Source: an uncultured Prolixibacteraceae bacterium (lineage in GTDB: Bacteria; Bacteroidota; Bacteroidia; Bacteroidales; Prolixibacteraceae). Taken from it: a stretch of DNA of 56,871 nucleotides. The translations under genes were made by a program, and so were the position numbers. Shown one piece after another: positions 48,162 to 56,871 of the stretch. The stretch's first letter is position 1. The number at the start of each line of letters is the position of its first letter. Location: the NCBI GenBank assembly GCA_964565015.1, contig CAZMDP010000001.1:1-56871 (forward strand), read 5' to 3'. The notes under the pieces are model-generated. The model did not search any database. It had not been told where the DNA came from and worked only from the letters and a program-made list of their open reading frames with translations.

Positions 48162-49148
48162 ATGGACATTTCTGCTATCATTGCCGAATTTGGTGCATAC
48201 TACGAACAGGCAGGTCAGAACAAAGCCCGCATACTTGCTATGCTCTCCCAGGGCGAAGTTACTCCTGGCTATTGCACTCCGGTTAAAACCGACGACACCA
48301 TTTACCGACTTGGAAAAGTAACAATGGGTAACATTGTTCAAAGTTTCCAAATCGGCTGGACTCCCAAAAAGAACGCCGCTTTCACTCCCAACGAGCTCAG
48401 GCTGTATAAGATGAAAGTTGACGACGAAATTGATCCCGATAACATCGAGGATACCTGGCTCGGGTTCCTGGCCAGCGCAGCTGTTTCGCGCAAAGAGTGG
48501 CCCATCGTTAAGTATCTTATCGAGCACCCCGAAGCTGGTTATCTTGCTGCTATTGCTCGCGATATGGAAACCCTCTGCTACGGTAAAGGTGTTTATGTTG
48601 CTCCTACCCAGAATGTTGCCGGCATTACCCAAAACTCAATGAATGGCTTCATTATTGCCCTGCAAAACGGTGTTAACGCCGAAACCATCAACTCAATCAA
48701 CATCGGTGATCTCGACAAAGATACCATCTTCGATCAGGTTGAACTTTTCACCGACGGTATCTCCGAAATCTACCAGAACGTTAACATGAACGTGTTCATG
48801 TCGCCCAAATGGGCTAAGTATTACCATCGCGATAAAAGAGCGCAAGGGTTCTACTCTTTCGCCTCCGAAGCCGAAGTAAACAAACTTTCCGGTAAAATCG
48901 ACTTTACCCCGCTCAACGTAACTGCTCTCCCATCGCTCTCTGGTACCGATGTTATCTTTGCTACACCTAAAGCCAATTTTCTGCATCTCACCAAAAAAGG
49001 TCAGAACAAAAACAAGATCAACATCGAGGAATCGAAAAGGTCTGTTTTCTTCATGGCCGACTGGTGGGAAGGTATTGGTTTCGGTATGGATGCTGCTGTT
49101 TGGACTAACCTTCAGCCTGCTGGCTCTGGCAGCGGAAGCGCAGAATAA
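48162..49148 (+). CDS. major capsid protein
   Basis: 328 aa directly after the protease; strongly biased codon style. Confidence 0.75.
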   Translation: MDISAIIAEFGAYYEQAGQNKARILAMLSQGEVTPGYCTPVKTDDTIYRLGKVTMGNIVQSFQIGWTPKKNAAFTPNELRLYKMKVDDEIDPDNIEDTWLGFLASAAVSRKEWPIVKYLIEHPEAGYLAAIARDMETLCYGKGVYVAPTQNVAGITQNSMNGFIIALQNGVNAETINSINIGDLDKDTIFDQVELFTDGISEIYQNVNMNVFMSPKWAKYYHRDKRAQGFYSFASEAEVNKLSGKIDFTPLNVTALPSLSGTDVIFATPKANFLHLTKKGQNKNKINIEESKRSVFFMADWWEGIGFGMDAAVWTNLQPAGSGSGSAE

Positions 49149-49164
49149 CCTTTTTCCTAATCTT

Positions 49165-49195
49165 CAGCCTGCTCCCCCCGGGGTGCAGGCTGTTT
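49165..49195 (+). terminator. hairpin after the capsid gene
   Basis: CAGCCTGC/GCAGGCTG stem with a short T run. Confidence 0.45.
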
Positions 49196-49211
49196 AAAAC
49201 CTAAAAACAAC

Positions 49212-49769
49212 ATGGAATTTCAGGATATAAACAAAAACCTTGTAAATGGCGAAAACATGGGCGGAACTGCCCAGATCATTTACTTCGGGCTTCACGCTGA
49301 TGTAGATACATGGCCAGCCAAACCTCTGGCCAATGCCGCAAATCTCGAAGCCCTCGGGCAGCTCACCGGAAACGTTCAAATGAAACCGGGCAAACGCATG
49401 TTTGAATTATACGTCACCGACGATACTTCCGAACTGCAGATGGAAACCGTTGGCGAAAAAGACGGAAAGTCTTTTGTTATGCACCTCCGCCTTTTCCACC
49501 CTGGTTTGCTCAGCAAAATTCTCGGCTTCCGCAATGCCACCAAAAACGAAAATATGTTCTTTATCGTGCCCGATAACAATGGGCAGTACTTCCTCATGGG
49601 CGACGCGCTTCGTCCCGCTACCCTCGAAAGCGATGCCGATGGTGCTGGTACCGGTAAAGAAACAGCTGGCCGTCGTGGTGTAGGAATGGAGTTTACCTAC
49701 AAAACTTCCAACATCTGCGAATACACTGGCACTATTCCTCTAACTGCTGCCACAAGCGGAAGTAACTAA
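49212..49769 (+). CDS. putative major tail tube/structural protein
   Basis: 185 aa after the capsid gene; NMGG and F.V.DNNG motifs. Confidence 0.55.
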   Translation: MEFQDINKNLVNGENMGGTAQIIYFGLHADVDTWPAKPLANAANLEALGQLTGNVQMKPGKRMFELYVTDDTSELQMETVGEKDGKSFVMHLRLFHPGLLSKILGFRNATKNENMFFIVPDNNGQYFLMGDALRPATLESDADGAGTGKETAGRRGVGMEFTYKTSNICEYTGTIPLTAATSGSN

Positions 49770-49774
49770 TAGTT

Positions 49775-50149
49775 ATGTGGCAGAAGTATTTTAAAGTCGT
49801 AAAAGTCGTACCTGGCCCGGTAATCATTCCGGGCTATGGTAAGATTGATCTTTCTTCTCCAAACCTTCCGCTCAGCCTGGTTCAGGAACTATTCGAGAAA
49901 GATTGCCCTTACCTGCAAATTACTCCTCAAGGCATTGAGCACATTTATAATATGCAGGACAATGCTCAATCCGATGCCGGCACTCCGGTTCCATCCGGGC
50001 ACGATGAAACTACGGTTCAATCCGATCACGATGAAACTCCGGTTCCGTCAGATCACGATGAAACTCCGGTTCCACCTGATCCGGCAAAAGATTACGAAAG
50101 TCTCCCGAAAAAAAACCGTAAAACCTTCAAAGAGAAGGCCTCCGGATAA
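49775..50149 (+). CDS. hypothetical protein with 9-aa repeats
   Basis: TPVPSDHDE-type units (27-bp repeat, ~49982-50080). Confidence 0.65.
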   Translation: MWQKYFKVVKVVPGPVIIPGYGKIDLSSPNLPLSLVQELFEKDCPYLQITPQGIEHIYNMQDNAQSDAGTPVPSGHDETTVQSDHDETPVPSDHDETPVPPDPAKDYESLPKKNRKTFKEKASG

Positions 50150-50197
50150 AGAAACGTGCTAAATTTGCACTTGTTTTTGTTGATTGCCTCCATCTTT

Positions 50198-50228
50198 GCC
50201 CTGACGACTCCCACGCCAGGGCTTTTTT
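50198..50228 (+). terminator. intrinsic terminator
   Basis: GCCCTG...CAGGGC followed by T6. Confidence 0.7.
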
Positions 50229-50238
50229 ATGTTTCATC

Positions 50239-50274
50239 TGTCCTTTATTAGCGATATTTTCAGCCATACTTTTG
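50239..50274 (+). promoter_or_regulatory. putative late promoter 5
   Basis: TGTCCTTT-N20-TACTTTTG. Confidence 0.75.
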
Positions 50275-50313
50275 ACTCACTTTACTAACTAAAATTAACC
50301 AAATCAGTAACCC

Positions 50314-50805
50314 ATGAAAAAACTGCTCTCTTTCGCCGTAATCCTTTTTATTGGATTGGCAGTTAATTTCCTTGGCAACCCCGTTGCAAGAGCCGCACCC
50401 ACTGGCGATGTTCAGCTGGTTCAATGCCAGTCTGTTCATTTCGCAATTCCCGATCTCTGTGTTTATGACTATGAGTTCGCTCCAGCGCAGCCTACCGTTA
50501 TTTGCTTTTACCCATGGGTATTACAATCAGGTACACAGGCATTTATTTTGAGCAATTCTGTCAAACCACCCGGAGATTACCTGTATGCGTATCAGAACCT
50601 GCAAAACTTAAACTATAGTTGGCGATTGTGCGATAATCCTCCACGCAATTGGGTGTTCGATAAACCGGTAGCTAACAAACATACACTGCTTGCATCTTCT
50701 GCCTGTAACCATCCCCGCAACTGGCTTAATATGTCACATCACAGCAAAACGGTTTCTGTAAAATCTCTCTCGCTCATACCCTCGTTTGAACTACCTTTCA
50801 CTTAA
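50314..50805 (+). CDS. secreted hypothetical protein
   Basis: Signal peptide MKKLLSFAVILFIGLAV; has its own promoter and terminator. Confidence 0.6.
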   Translation: MKKLLSFAVILFIGLAVNFLGNPVARAAPTGDVQLVQCQSVHFAIPDLCVYDYEFAPAQPTVICFYPWVLQSGTQAFILSNSVKPPGDYLYAYQNLQNLNYSWRLCDNPPRNWVFDKPVANKHTLLASSACNHPRNWLNMSHHSKTVSVKSLSLIPSFELPFT

Positions 50806-50827
50806 CCCGGCTCGTCAAACTACCCTG

Positions 50828-50860
50828 GAAAGCTCCCCGAAAAGGAGCTTTCTTTTTTTT
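50828..50860 (+). terminator. intrinsic terminator
   Basis: GAAAGCTCC/GGAGCTTTC followed by T8. Confidence 0.85.
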
Positions 50861-50872
50861 GTGCCTTGCATG

Positions 50873-50908
50873 TGTCCTTTTTACTGCTGTTTATCCATAC
50901 TAAATTCG
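50873..50908 (+). promoter_or_regulatory. putative late promoter 6
   Basis: TGTCCTTT-N20-TAAATTCG. Confidence 0.75.
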
Positions 50909-50928
50909 CCCAACTAATTAACTGTCAG

Positions 50929-52050
50929 ATGCTTTATTTCTCTATCCCCTACGACTTTGACCGTAAACTATTTAATGCTTACGATCGCGAATTTTCACGC
51001 ATACCAAACCCCGATGATTGGCTCGCTATTGTCGATGGCGATGTAGCTTTTCTACGGGCCGACTTCGGACACCACATTCAGGAATACATCAGCAAATTCC
51101 CCGATGCAGGCCTCCTTACTTGCTATGCCAGCCGTTCGCACTATAAAAACATTATGCCAAAGGATGGAAACGATAAATCCCCCGATATTGCTTTCCATAA
51201 AAGGGTTGCCGAATCTCACGCAAAAAACCTCTACCTCGAAATAAAACCAGTAACCGGCAACATCACCGGTCATCTCATGGTTATTAAAAAATCAACCTGG
51301 CTGGCAATACGCGAAAAAGTACAGCACGCCACCAGGCACGAAACCATCGAAGCCATTGATACTGCTATCGGAAAAGCCATTCATGCCCTCAATATGCCCA
51401 TATTGCTTATGCGGGGTATTTATGTGCTCCATTACTGCAGGTTTGTCGAAGGTTACAAATCAAGAGCACACCTCGGTTATCATGCCTTTATCAATATCAT
51501 TACTCCTTGCTCCCGACCGCAAAACCTGCACAAAATCGCCGAAAGCATAAATATTCCATGGCGTATGTTCCGCTGGATAGTGGTTATGGATTCAAATACA
51601 ACCGTTAATCCCGAGCTTATCCCGCGCCGTGCCGAAGTGTATTACCACAAGGATAAAAATTCAAAATCTGGCAACGCACAGCGCAATTATGCCATTGATC
51701 TTGTGCTGCGATCTCAGCCTGCACCTGCGTTCGATAATTTCGTCTATTTCCTCGACGACGACACCCTCCTGCATCCCCAATTCTACAATGCTGTTAACGG
51801 CCTCAAAAACGATTTTATACACTTTAACCAGCAAAACCCCGATGGTTCTCACCGTATCGGTGGCACGGTTAAAGTAAATCAAATCGACAGCGGCAATGCG
51901 CTCATTAGCCGAAACATAATCGGCAACATTCGCTGGCGATCCGATCTCTACAATGCCGATGGCTTTTTCCTGCAGGCCGTCTTTCAAAAAGCGCTCAACC
52001 CTGTATATCTGCCTCAGTTCTTGTCAACCTATAATGCCCTGCAAAAATGA
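50929..52050 (+). CDS. two-domain GT-A-fold glycosyltransferase
   Basis: Domain 1 has VDGD; domain 2 has IITPCSRP, GNAQRN and YFLDDD; start reassigned to MLYFSIPY. Confidence 0.8.
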   Translation: MLYFSIPYDFDRKLFNAYDREFSRIPNPDDWLAIVDGDVAFLRADFGHHIQEYISKFPDAGLLTCYASRSHYKNIMPKDGNDKSPDIAFHKRVAESHAKNLYLEIKPVTGNITGHLMVIKKSTWLAIREKVQHATRHETIEAIDTAIGKAIHALNMPILLMRGIYVLHYCRFVEGYKSRAHLGYHAFINIITPCSRPQNLHKIAESINIPWRMFRWIVVMDSNTTVNPELIPRRAEVYYHKDKNSKSGNAQRNYAIDLVLRSQPAPAFDNFVYFLDDDTLLHPQFYNAVNGLKNDFIHFNQQNPDGSHRIGGTVKVNQIDSGNALISRNIIGNIRWRSDLYNADGFFLQAVFQKALNPVYLPQFLSTYNALQK

Positions 52051-52793
52051 TCGCCTATTTCCTCGCCTACAACGAAATTGACCTGCTCCCCTGGCAATTC
52101 AAATGGTGCCAGAATCAGGGACTCGAAATGTTCGTTATCGAAAACCAGTCAACCGACGGAACCAAAGAATTCCTGATCGACAATCACATCAGGCATAAAA
52201 CCATCGACACTTCCGAGGCTTTCGATCTGCGCCCGCTCCTCCTCGAAATGACCAGGCAGATACATACCGACAAACCCGATTGGTTTATATATCAGGGTAT
52301 GGATATGTTTTTTGTTACCAGCAACATTTCCATTAAACAGCTCGCTGCAATGGCCAACATAATGAGGTACAACATGATTGCTCTCAATCAGATCACATTC
52401 TATCATACCTCTATGCAAACCGCCATTACCCCGCACAAAAATCCTTTCACCTGCAATTTCCATTACAGGCCAAATAACATCTACACTTTTATCTCGGCTT
52501 ATTCTCCCGAAATATCAATCCAGCCCGATAAAATTTCACGCTCCAACAAAAGTGTGTTTTTCGATAAGCACGGCTGCATTTTCGAGATGCACGCTGCCAA
52601 ACCCATAAAAAACCGGGTCGAAAATCTGAAACGCCGCGAAAGAGCCTGGAACAATGGCCTTAATAAAAACTACGGCCGCCATTACCTCGATCTGGCTAAA
52701 CGCGATTTCATTTATCCCGAAACCGAACAGAACGACATACGCGACACCCGCGCTCTTTATCAACTGTACAGCAAACTCCATATTCTATCCTGA
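52047..52793 (+). CDS. GT2-like glycosyltransferase
   Basis: AYNEIDLL, VIENQSTDGT, DWFIY; the DxD motif looks degenerate (QGMD). Confidence 0.65.
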   Translation: MIAYFLAYNEIDLLPWQFKWCQNQGLEMFVIENQSTDGTKEFLIDNHIRHKTIDTSEAFDLRPLLLEMTRQIHTDKPDWFIYQGMDMFFVTSNISIKQLAAMANIMRYNMIALNQITFYHTSMQTAITPHKNPFTCNFHYRPNNIYTFISAYSPEISIQPDKISRSNKSVFFDKHGCIFEMHAAKPIKNRVENLKRRERAWNNGLNKNYGRHYLDLAKRDFIYPETEQNDIRDTRALYQLYSKLHILS

Positions 52794-52794
52794 T

Positions 52795-53718
52795 ATGATT
52801 GATCTCGTTTACATTCTTGGCTCAGGATCGGCATGGAATAACAACGAATTGCGCTTCTCCCTGCGATCTGTCGAAAAAAACCTTACCGGTGTACGAAACA
52901 TCTACGTAATTGGCGAAAATCCAGGGTTCTTTTCCAGTAAAGTAACCCATGTTTATCATCCCGATCCATTGCCCTCAAATAATGCCGATGGCAATATGGC
53001 GCTTAAAATACTTTGTGCCTGCTCTATCCCTCAGCTCTCCGAAGAGTTCCTGTTTATGAACGACGACTTTATCATAAACAAACCCATGCACGCACCCGAT
53101 ATACCATGGATGCACAAAGGCGATATGAAAAACAGGCCGCACGAGTTCTGGGTCACTCAGCTCTATCGGTTCCGGCTCAGGCGTACCTTCGAAACTCTGC
53201 AAATGCACAATCTGCCTACCCTGCAGTACGATTATCATGCACCTATGCGTATGAATAAAATCAGCTTCCCAAAGGTTATGCAGGGTTTCGACTTTAAAGA
53301 GGGCATCGGCCTTACATTCAGAAGCCTGTACGGAAATGCTCTGGCTTTGCCTGCAGAGCATATTGTCAATCAAAAGGTTACTCTGTACGCTCCTTACACC
53401 CTCGAACAAATAAATTACAGAGTGCGCGAAGCAATGTTCATCGGTTACAACGATCCCGGGTTAAATTCAAGTTTCAAGTACTGGCTGGCCTTCAACTTTA
53501 ACTCAAAATCGCAGTACGAAGCCACCGATATTGAAAACGAAAAAACTTTCGACATAGCTACCTGGATAATCAATGGCCGCCTTTACACATCTGGCTGCCA
53601 GCTCTTCCGAAAACACTTCGCACACAAAAACCTCGCTTACCTGTTTTCCGAGCACAGAACCCCGGCACTCGAAAAAAAACTCCACTTTAAAATTAACCAA
53701 TTCATCGCCGAACTATGA
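52795..53718 (+). CDS. Stealth-family (CR2-like) sugar-phosphotransferase-like protein
   Basis: IDLVY, NELRFSLRSVEKN, LSEEFLFMNDDF; start reassigned to MIDLVY. Confidence 0.75.
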   Translation: MIDLVYILGSGSAWNNNELRFSLRSVEKNLTGVRNIYVIGENPGFFSSKVTHVYHPDPLPSNNADGNMALKILCACSIPQLSEEFLFMNDDFIINKPMHAPDIPWMHKGDMKNRPHEFWVTQLYRFRLRRTFETLQMHNLPTLQYDYHAPMRMNKISFPKVMQGFDFKEGIGLTFRSLYGNALALPAEHIVNQKVTLYAPYTLEQINYRVREAMFIGYNDPGLNSSFKYWLAFNFNSKSQYEATDIENEKTFDIATWIINGRLYTSGCQLFRKHFAHKNLAYLFSEHRTPALEKKLHFKINQFIAEL

Positions 53719-54380
53719 AAGAGCAAATCAAAGAGGCCGTTAATCAATGGCTAAAAAACAACAAAGATTTCGATAAAGGAGTTGATCTCCTTTCGGCTTT
53801 AAAACCCCAGATGGCACGTATATTTCGAGGCCGCGAAAAAACCTATGCCAAAAAACTTGAATACGAACTGAAAAAACTTGCCGGAATCACCGAACTTCCA
53901 AAGAAAGTAATCCCCTCAAAAGGCATCGCTCAAATTGAAAAGGAAGTAAAACAAAACATGCAACCCCCAAAAAAAACAGAAACTGTTCCGGCAGTGCATA
54001 CTCCCGATCCTTTGCCTGAAACACCTGGTAAAAAGGAACCTAAACAAACCGCAAAACCTCGCAAAAACGAAACACCACCGTTTATTTCGCAAATCATCAA
54101 AGAACATGCACGCCTGTTTAAGCTGCGCTCACAGCTCGATGCTCAGCGTGCCGAAGTTCCCGAAAAAAATCACCCCACTTACAACAAAAAGCGCAAGATC
54201 CTCTCCGAGTCAATACAGCAGCTCTCTGCCAGTATAGAAGCCCTTTTCATGGCCAAGGAAGATTATTACGAAAAAGGCATCATGCCCGATATGAAAGCCC
54301 TTTTCCCCGAACTGCCTGCCAGGGATGTACCACCGGCTCCAAAAAAAGCAGCTGGCCGGCCTAAAAAGGAAAAAAAGTAA
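53715..54380 (+). CDS. hypothetical protein
   Basis: 221 aa; N-terminal WL...DFDKGV.L...KLEYEL motif, Pro/Lys linker. Confidence 0.7.
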   Translation: MKEQIKEAVNQWLKNNKDFDKGVDLLSALKPQMARIFRGREKTYAKKLEYELKKLAGITELPKKVIPSKGIAQIEKEVKQNMQPPKKTETVPAVHTPDPLPETPGKKEPKQTAKPRKNETPPFISQIIKEHARLFKLRSQLDAQRAEVPEKNHPTYNKKRKILSESIQQLSASIEALFMAKEDYYEKGIMPDMKALFPELPARDVPPAPKKAAGRPKKEKK

Positions 54381-54435
54381 AACAACCATGGCCGGACTGG
54401 CCATTCGGCTGGTCCGGTAATTAACCTATACACAC

Positions 54436-55041
54436 ATGCCACGTACTCCGCTCGACGAACTAAACTATCAGCTCATAAAGGCTCATATTCTTTCACCCGA
54501 AGAATCTCCGCTTAACACTGAGCAAAAGGTAATGTTTAACCGCATTATGTCAGCAGCCAGAACCCTCGACACAAATCCGCTTACCAAGCAGGCTGTGGCG
54601 CTCCATATGGCTAAATACCCCGAAATAGGACGATCCAGAGCATATCTCGATATATCTGTGGCCAAAAGGCTGTTTAATACCATCCACGAGTTCGATTTCG
54701 ACTTCTGGCAAACATGGCTCATTAACGATATTGTTAAAAACATAAATCGCGCAAGGCTATCTACCAGGCCTAATGCCGACAGGGTTATAGCCATGGAGCA
54801 CGCAAATCTTATCAAAGCCCTCGGCCATAAACCCGACGAAATCACAGATCCGCGCCTCAACGAAAAACATGCCTTCTATTTCATGATCCAGAACAACAAT
54901 CAGCAAATAAAGCTCGACATCTCAAAACTCAAAGAAATTCCCGAAGCCAGCCTGCAGGAAGTCCTTAAGGAACTCAACACTCTCCTGTTTGCCGGAAAGG
55001 AAATCTCCGATACCGAAGCTCAAGAACTGCTAAACTCCTGA
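54436..55041 (+). CDS. putative terminase small subunit
   Basis: Directly upstream of the large subunit; helical, with an HTH-like I.RSRAY.D segment. Confidence 0.6.
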   Translation: MPRTPLDELNYQLIKAHILSPEESPLNTEQKVMFNRIMSAARTLDTNPLTKQAVALHMAKYPEIGRSRAYLDISVAKRLFNTIHEFDFDFWQTWLINDIVKNINRARLSTRPNADRVIAMEHANLIKALGHKPDEITDPRLNEKHAFYFMIQNNNQQIKLDISKLKEIPEASLQEVLKELNTLLFAGKEISDTEAQELLNS

Positions 55042-55044
55042 TCT

Positions 55045-56760
55045 ATGATAGAGGAAATACTGCCCCTCAACGGCCCTCAGCTTATCTCTGCATTAAATCA
55101 GCCAATCAGCGAAGTTGATATATGGGGAAGGGCTACCGGTAAATCGTTCATCATAGGCAACGAAATGAACGACATCATCCGGTCTATGCCCCGGTCTATC
55201 ACTTCAATCACCGGCCAGACTTATGGCCAGCTGCTTACCCGTACCCTGCCATCATCTTTCAAGCTGCTCGAACAGCTCGGCTACAAACGATATGTTCCCG
55301 GCGAAGGTGGCCACTATGTAATTAACGAAAAACCTCCAAAGCACTTCCTTACCCCGTATGAGCCTGTTTTAAACCACAAAAACTTCATATCATTCAGCAA
55401 TGGCACAGGTTTTCTGCTGCTATCGCAGGAAAGGATAGGCAGCGCCCGTGGTCCGAACGTTGACCGCGAAATCGTTGACGAAGCCCTCACCATCAACAAA
55501 GAGCGTTACGATCAGGAAACATCACCCACCAACCGTGGAAACCTCGAACATTTCGGCGACTTATCTGGCAAACCCGTGCGAAAACACCATGGGTTCAGGT
55601 ATGTAAGCTCAATGCCTTTTATGCCCGAACAAAAATGGCTGCTCGAGTTCGGTAAATATTACGAGGAAGAAGCAAATATCCGGCTGTTCGACATCTGGAA
55701 CCAGATCGTTAAAATACAGCTCGACATAATTCAGGCCTACAAAAACAACGATACCGCTTTCTTTAAAAGTGCCTGGAACGAAGTAGTACGCCTCAAACGA
55801 AAAATAGCACCATTCACCAGCAAATCAGGACTGCTTTTCTCCCTGGCAAACGCTTTCGATAATATTCAGGTGCTCGGCATGAAATATATCATCCGTGAGT
55901 ACGATAAGCAGGCTTTGCTTACATTTATGATCGAAATCCTTAACTGGATTATTGATCGTGTCGAAAACTGTTACTATCAGCTCGATTCGCGCCGCCATGT
56001 GTATTATAATGCCACCAACGAATCTTTCATTCAGTCTGTGGCACAAAAAACCAACTACGACTTTAAAAAGCTCGGCAACCACAACTCCCTTTTCGACCTC
56101 GATTGCGACCCCAATAAACCCATTGAGATAGTCCCCGACTGGGGTGCTAAAATTGCTCTCTTCTCTGTCGCGCAGGAGCGCAACTTTAACTTCGTTAACA
56201 ACATAATTGAACCGGTTGATTGCACCATAAACGAGTTCTACACCAAACCCGACGAATCGCCAAACGTAATGATTGACGACCTGGTAGATCAGTTCTGCCA
56301 ATATTATGAGCCTCATAACAAAAAGGAAATCATTTACTTCCGCGATCGCTACGGAGATCACAGGCAGCCAAATGCCAAAAACTCAAAGCCTTACAACGAA
56401 CAGGCAATTGATCGTTTTATACGAAACAAGTGGAGCGTTACCCCTCGCGTGCACAAGGGCATGGAGCCACCTCAGCACGAAAAATATCTGCTCTGGCTCA
56501 ACATACTCAAAGGCGATAATCCCATTTATCCAAAGGTAATTTTCAACGGAAACAAGTGTAAATACACGCTTATAAGCATGAATAACACTATGGTTCGCGA
56601 ATCTGCCGGCAAATTTGAGAAGGATAAACGGTCAGAAGGCCGTAAAAACGTGCTCCCCGAGGAAGCAACCCATTTCGGCGATGCCGTTGATAAGCGAATC
56701 TGGACAAAATACGGCGATCGTTTGTTGCGATCGTCAACCTTTGTACCTGCCCGTTTTTAG
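55045..56760 (+). CDS. terL: terminase large subunit
   Basis: Walker A WGRATGKS, Walker B IVDEA, SSMP, and nuclease acidic residues (PDWG, HFGDAVD). Confidence 0.88.
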   Translation: MIEEILPLNGPQLISALNQPISEVDIWGRATGKSFIIGNEMNDIIRSMPRSITSITGQTYGQLLTRTLPSSFKLLEQLGYKRYVPGEGGHYVINEKPPKHFLTPYEPVLNHKNFISFSNGTGFLLLSQERIGSARGPNVDREIVDEALTINKERYDQETSPTNRGNLEHFGDLSGKPVRKHHGFRYVSSMPFMPEQKWLLEFGKYYEEEANIRLFDIWNQIVKIQLDIIQAYKNNDTAFFKSAWNEVVRLKRKIAPFTSKSGLLFSLANAFDNIQVLGMKYIIREYDKQALLTFMIEILNWIIDRVENCYYQLDSRRHVYYNATNESFIQSVAQKTNYDFKKLGNHNSLFDLDCDPNKPIEIVPDWGAKIALFSVAQERNFNFVNNIIEPVDCTINEFYTKPDESPNVMIDDLVDQFCQYYEPHNKKEIIYFRDRYGDHRQPNAKNSKPYNEQAIDRFIRNKWSVTPRVHKGMEPPQHEKYLLWLNILKGDNPIYPKVIFNGNKCKYTLISMNNTMVRESAGKFEKDKRSEGRKNVLPEEATHFGDAVDKRIWTKYGDRLLRSSTFVPARF

Positions 56761-56871
56761 CTTTTTACCAATACATTCTACCCTTCTTTGTAGTTGCCAT
56801 TAACCCGGTGAAACTCATACCCTTGTGGCCGTAAGCGCCCGTTTAAAAGTCGTTTTGTGTCCATTTAAGCC

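Larger units (their letters stand above)
1..56871. mobile_element. Temperate tailed (siphovirus-like) Bacteroidota phage, near-complete and apparently in excised/circular form
   Basis: Terminase, portal, protease, capsid, tape measure, tail, lysis, integrase, repressor and primase genes are all present. attP is internal with phage genes on both sides. No host housekeeping genes are seen. Confidence 0.9.

Noticed and set aside
56858-56865. Seventh late promoter (TGTCCATT)
   Set aside because: It has one mismatch, the window ends before the -7 position, and joining to position 1 gives no matching octamer.

Overview
The window looks like an essentially complete (~57 kb), circularly permuted temperate tailed phage of a Bacteroidota host. 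The host call rests on TAnnTTTG -7 promoters, few Shine-Dalgarno sequences and Bacteroidota-type phage genes. Gene order: accessory block (1-10.2 kb); lysis, portal, neck and tail (10.3-28 kb); tyrosine integrase with an intact attP matching a tRNA 3' end, followed by a repressor/Cro switch (28-30.3 kb); early genes and a primase-helicase with an iteron origin (30.3-46 kb); Clp protease-scaffold, capsid, a glycosyltransferase/Stealth cluster and terminase (46.9-56.8 kb). Four DNA methyltransferases are present: one in the accessory block and three among the early genes. The standout signal is a phage-borne integron-like system at ~6.15-9.8 kb. About eight tiny gene cassettes are present; the intact ones are each bounded by their own 14-15 bp GTT...AAC inverted repeat with a G-T wobble at position 11, and they are separated by 83-126 bp attC-like hairpins. 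The adjacent second tyrosine recombinase lacks the IntI-specific insertion. All cassette genes point toward the recombinase, inverted relative to classical integrons. Other findings: a six-copy late promoter (TGTCCTTT-N20-TAnnTTnG), a 125-nt tRNA-like element, a structured leader RNA and a candidate virion-glycosylation module. All product calls come from reading motifs by eye; no database searches were run.
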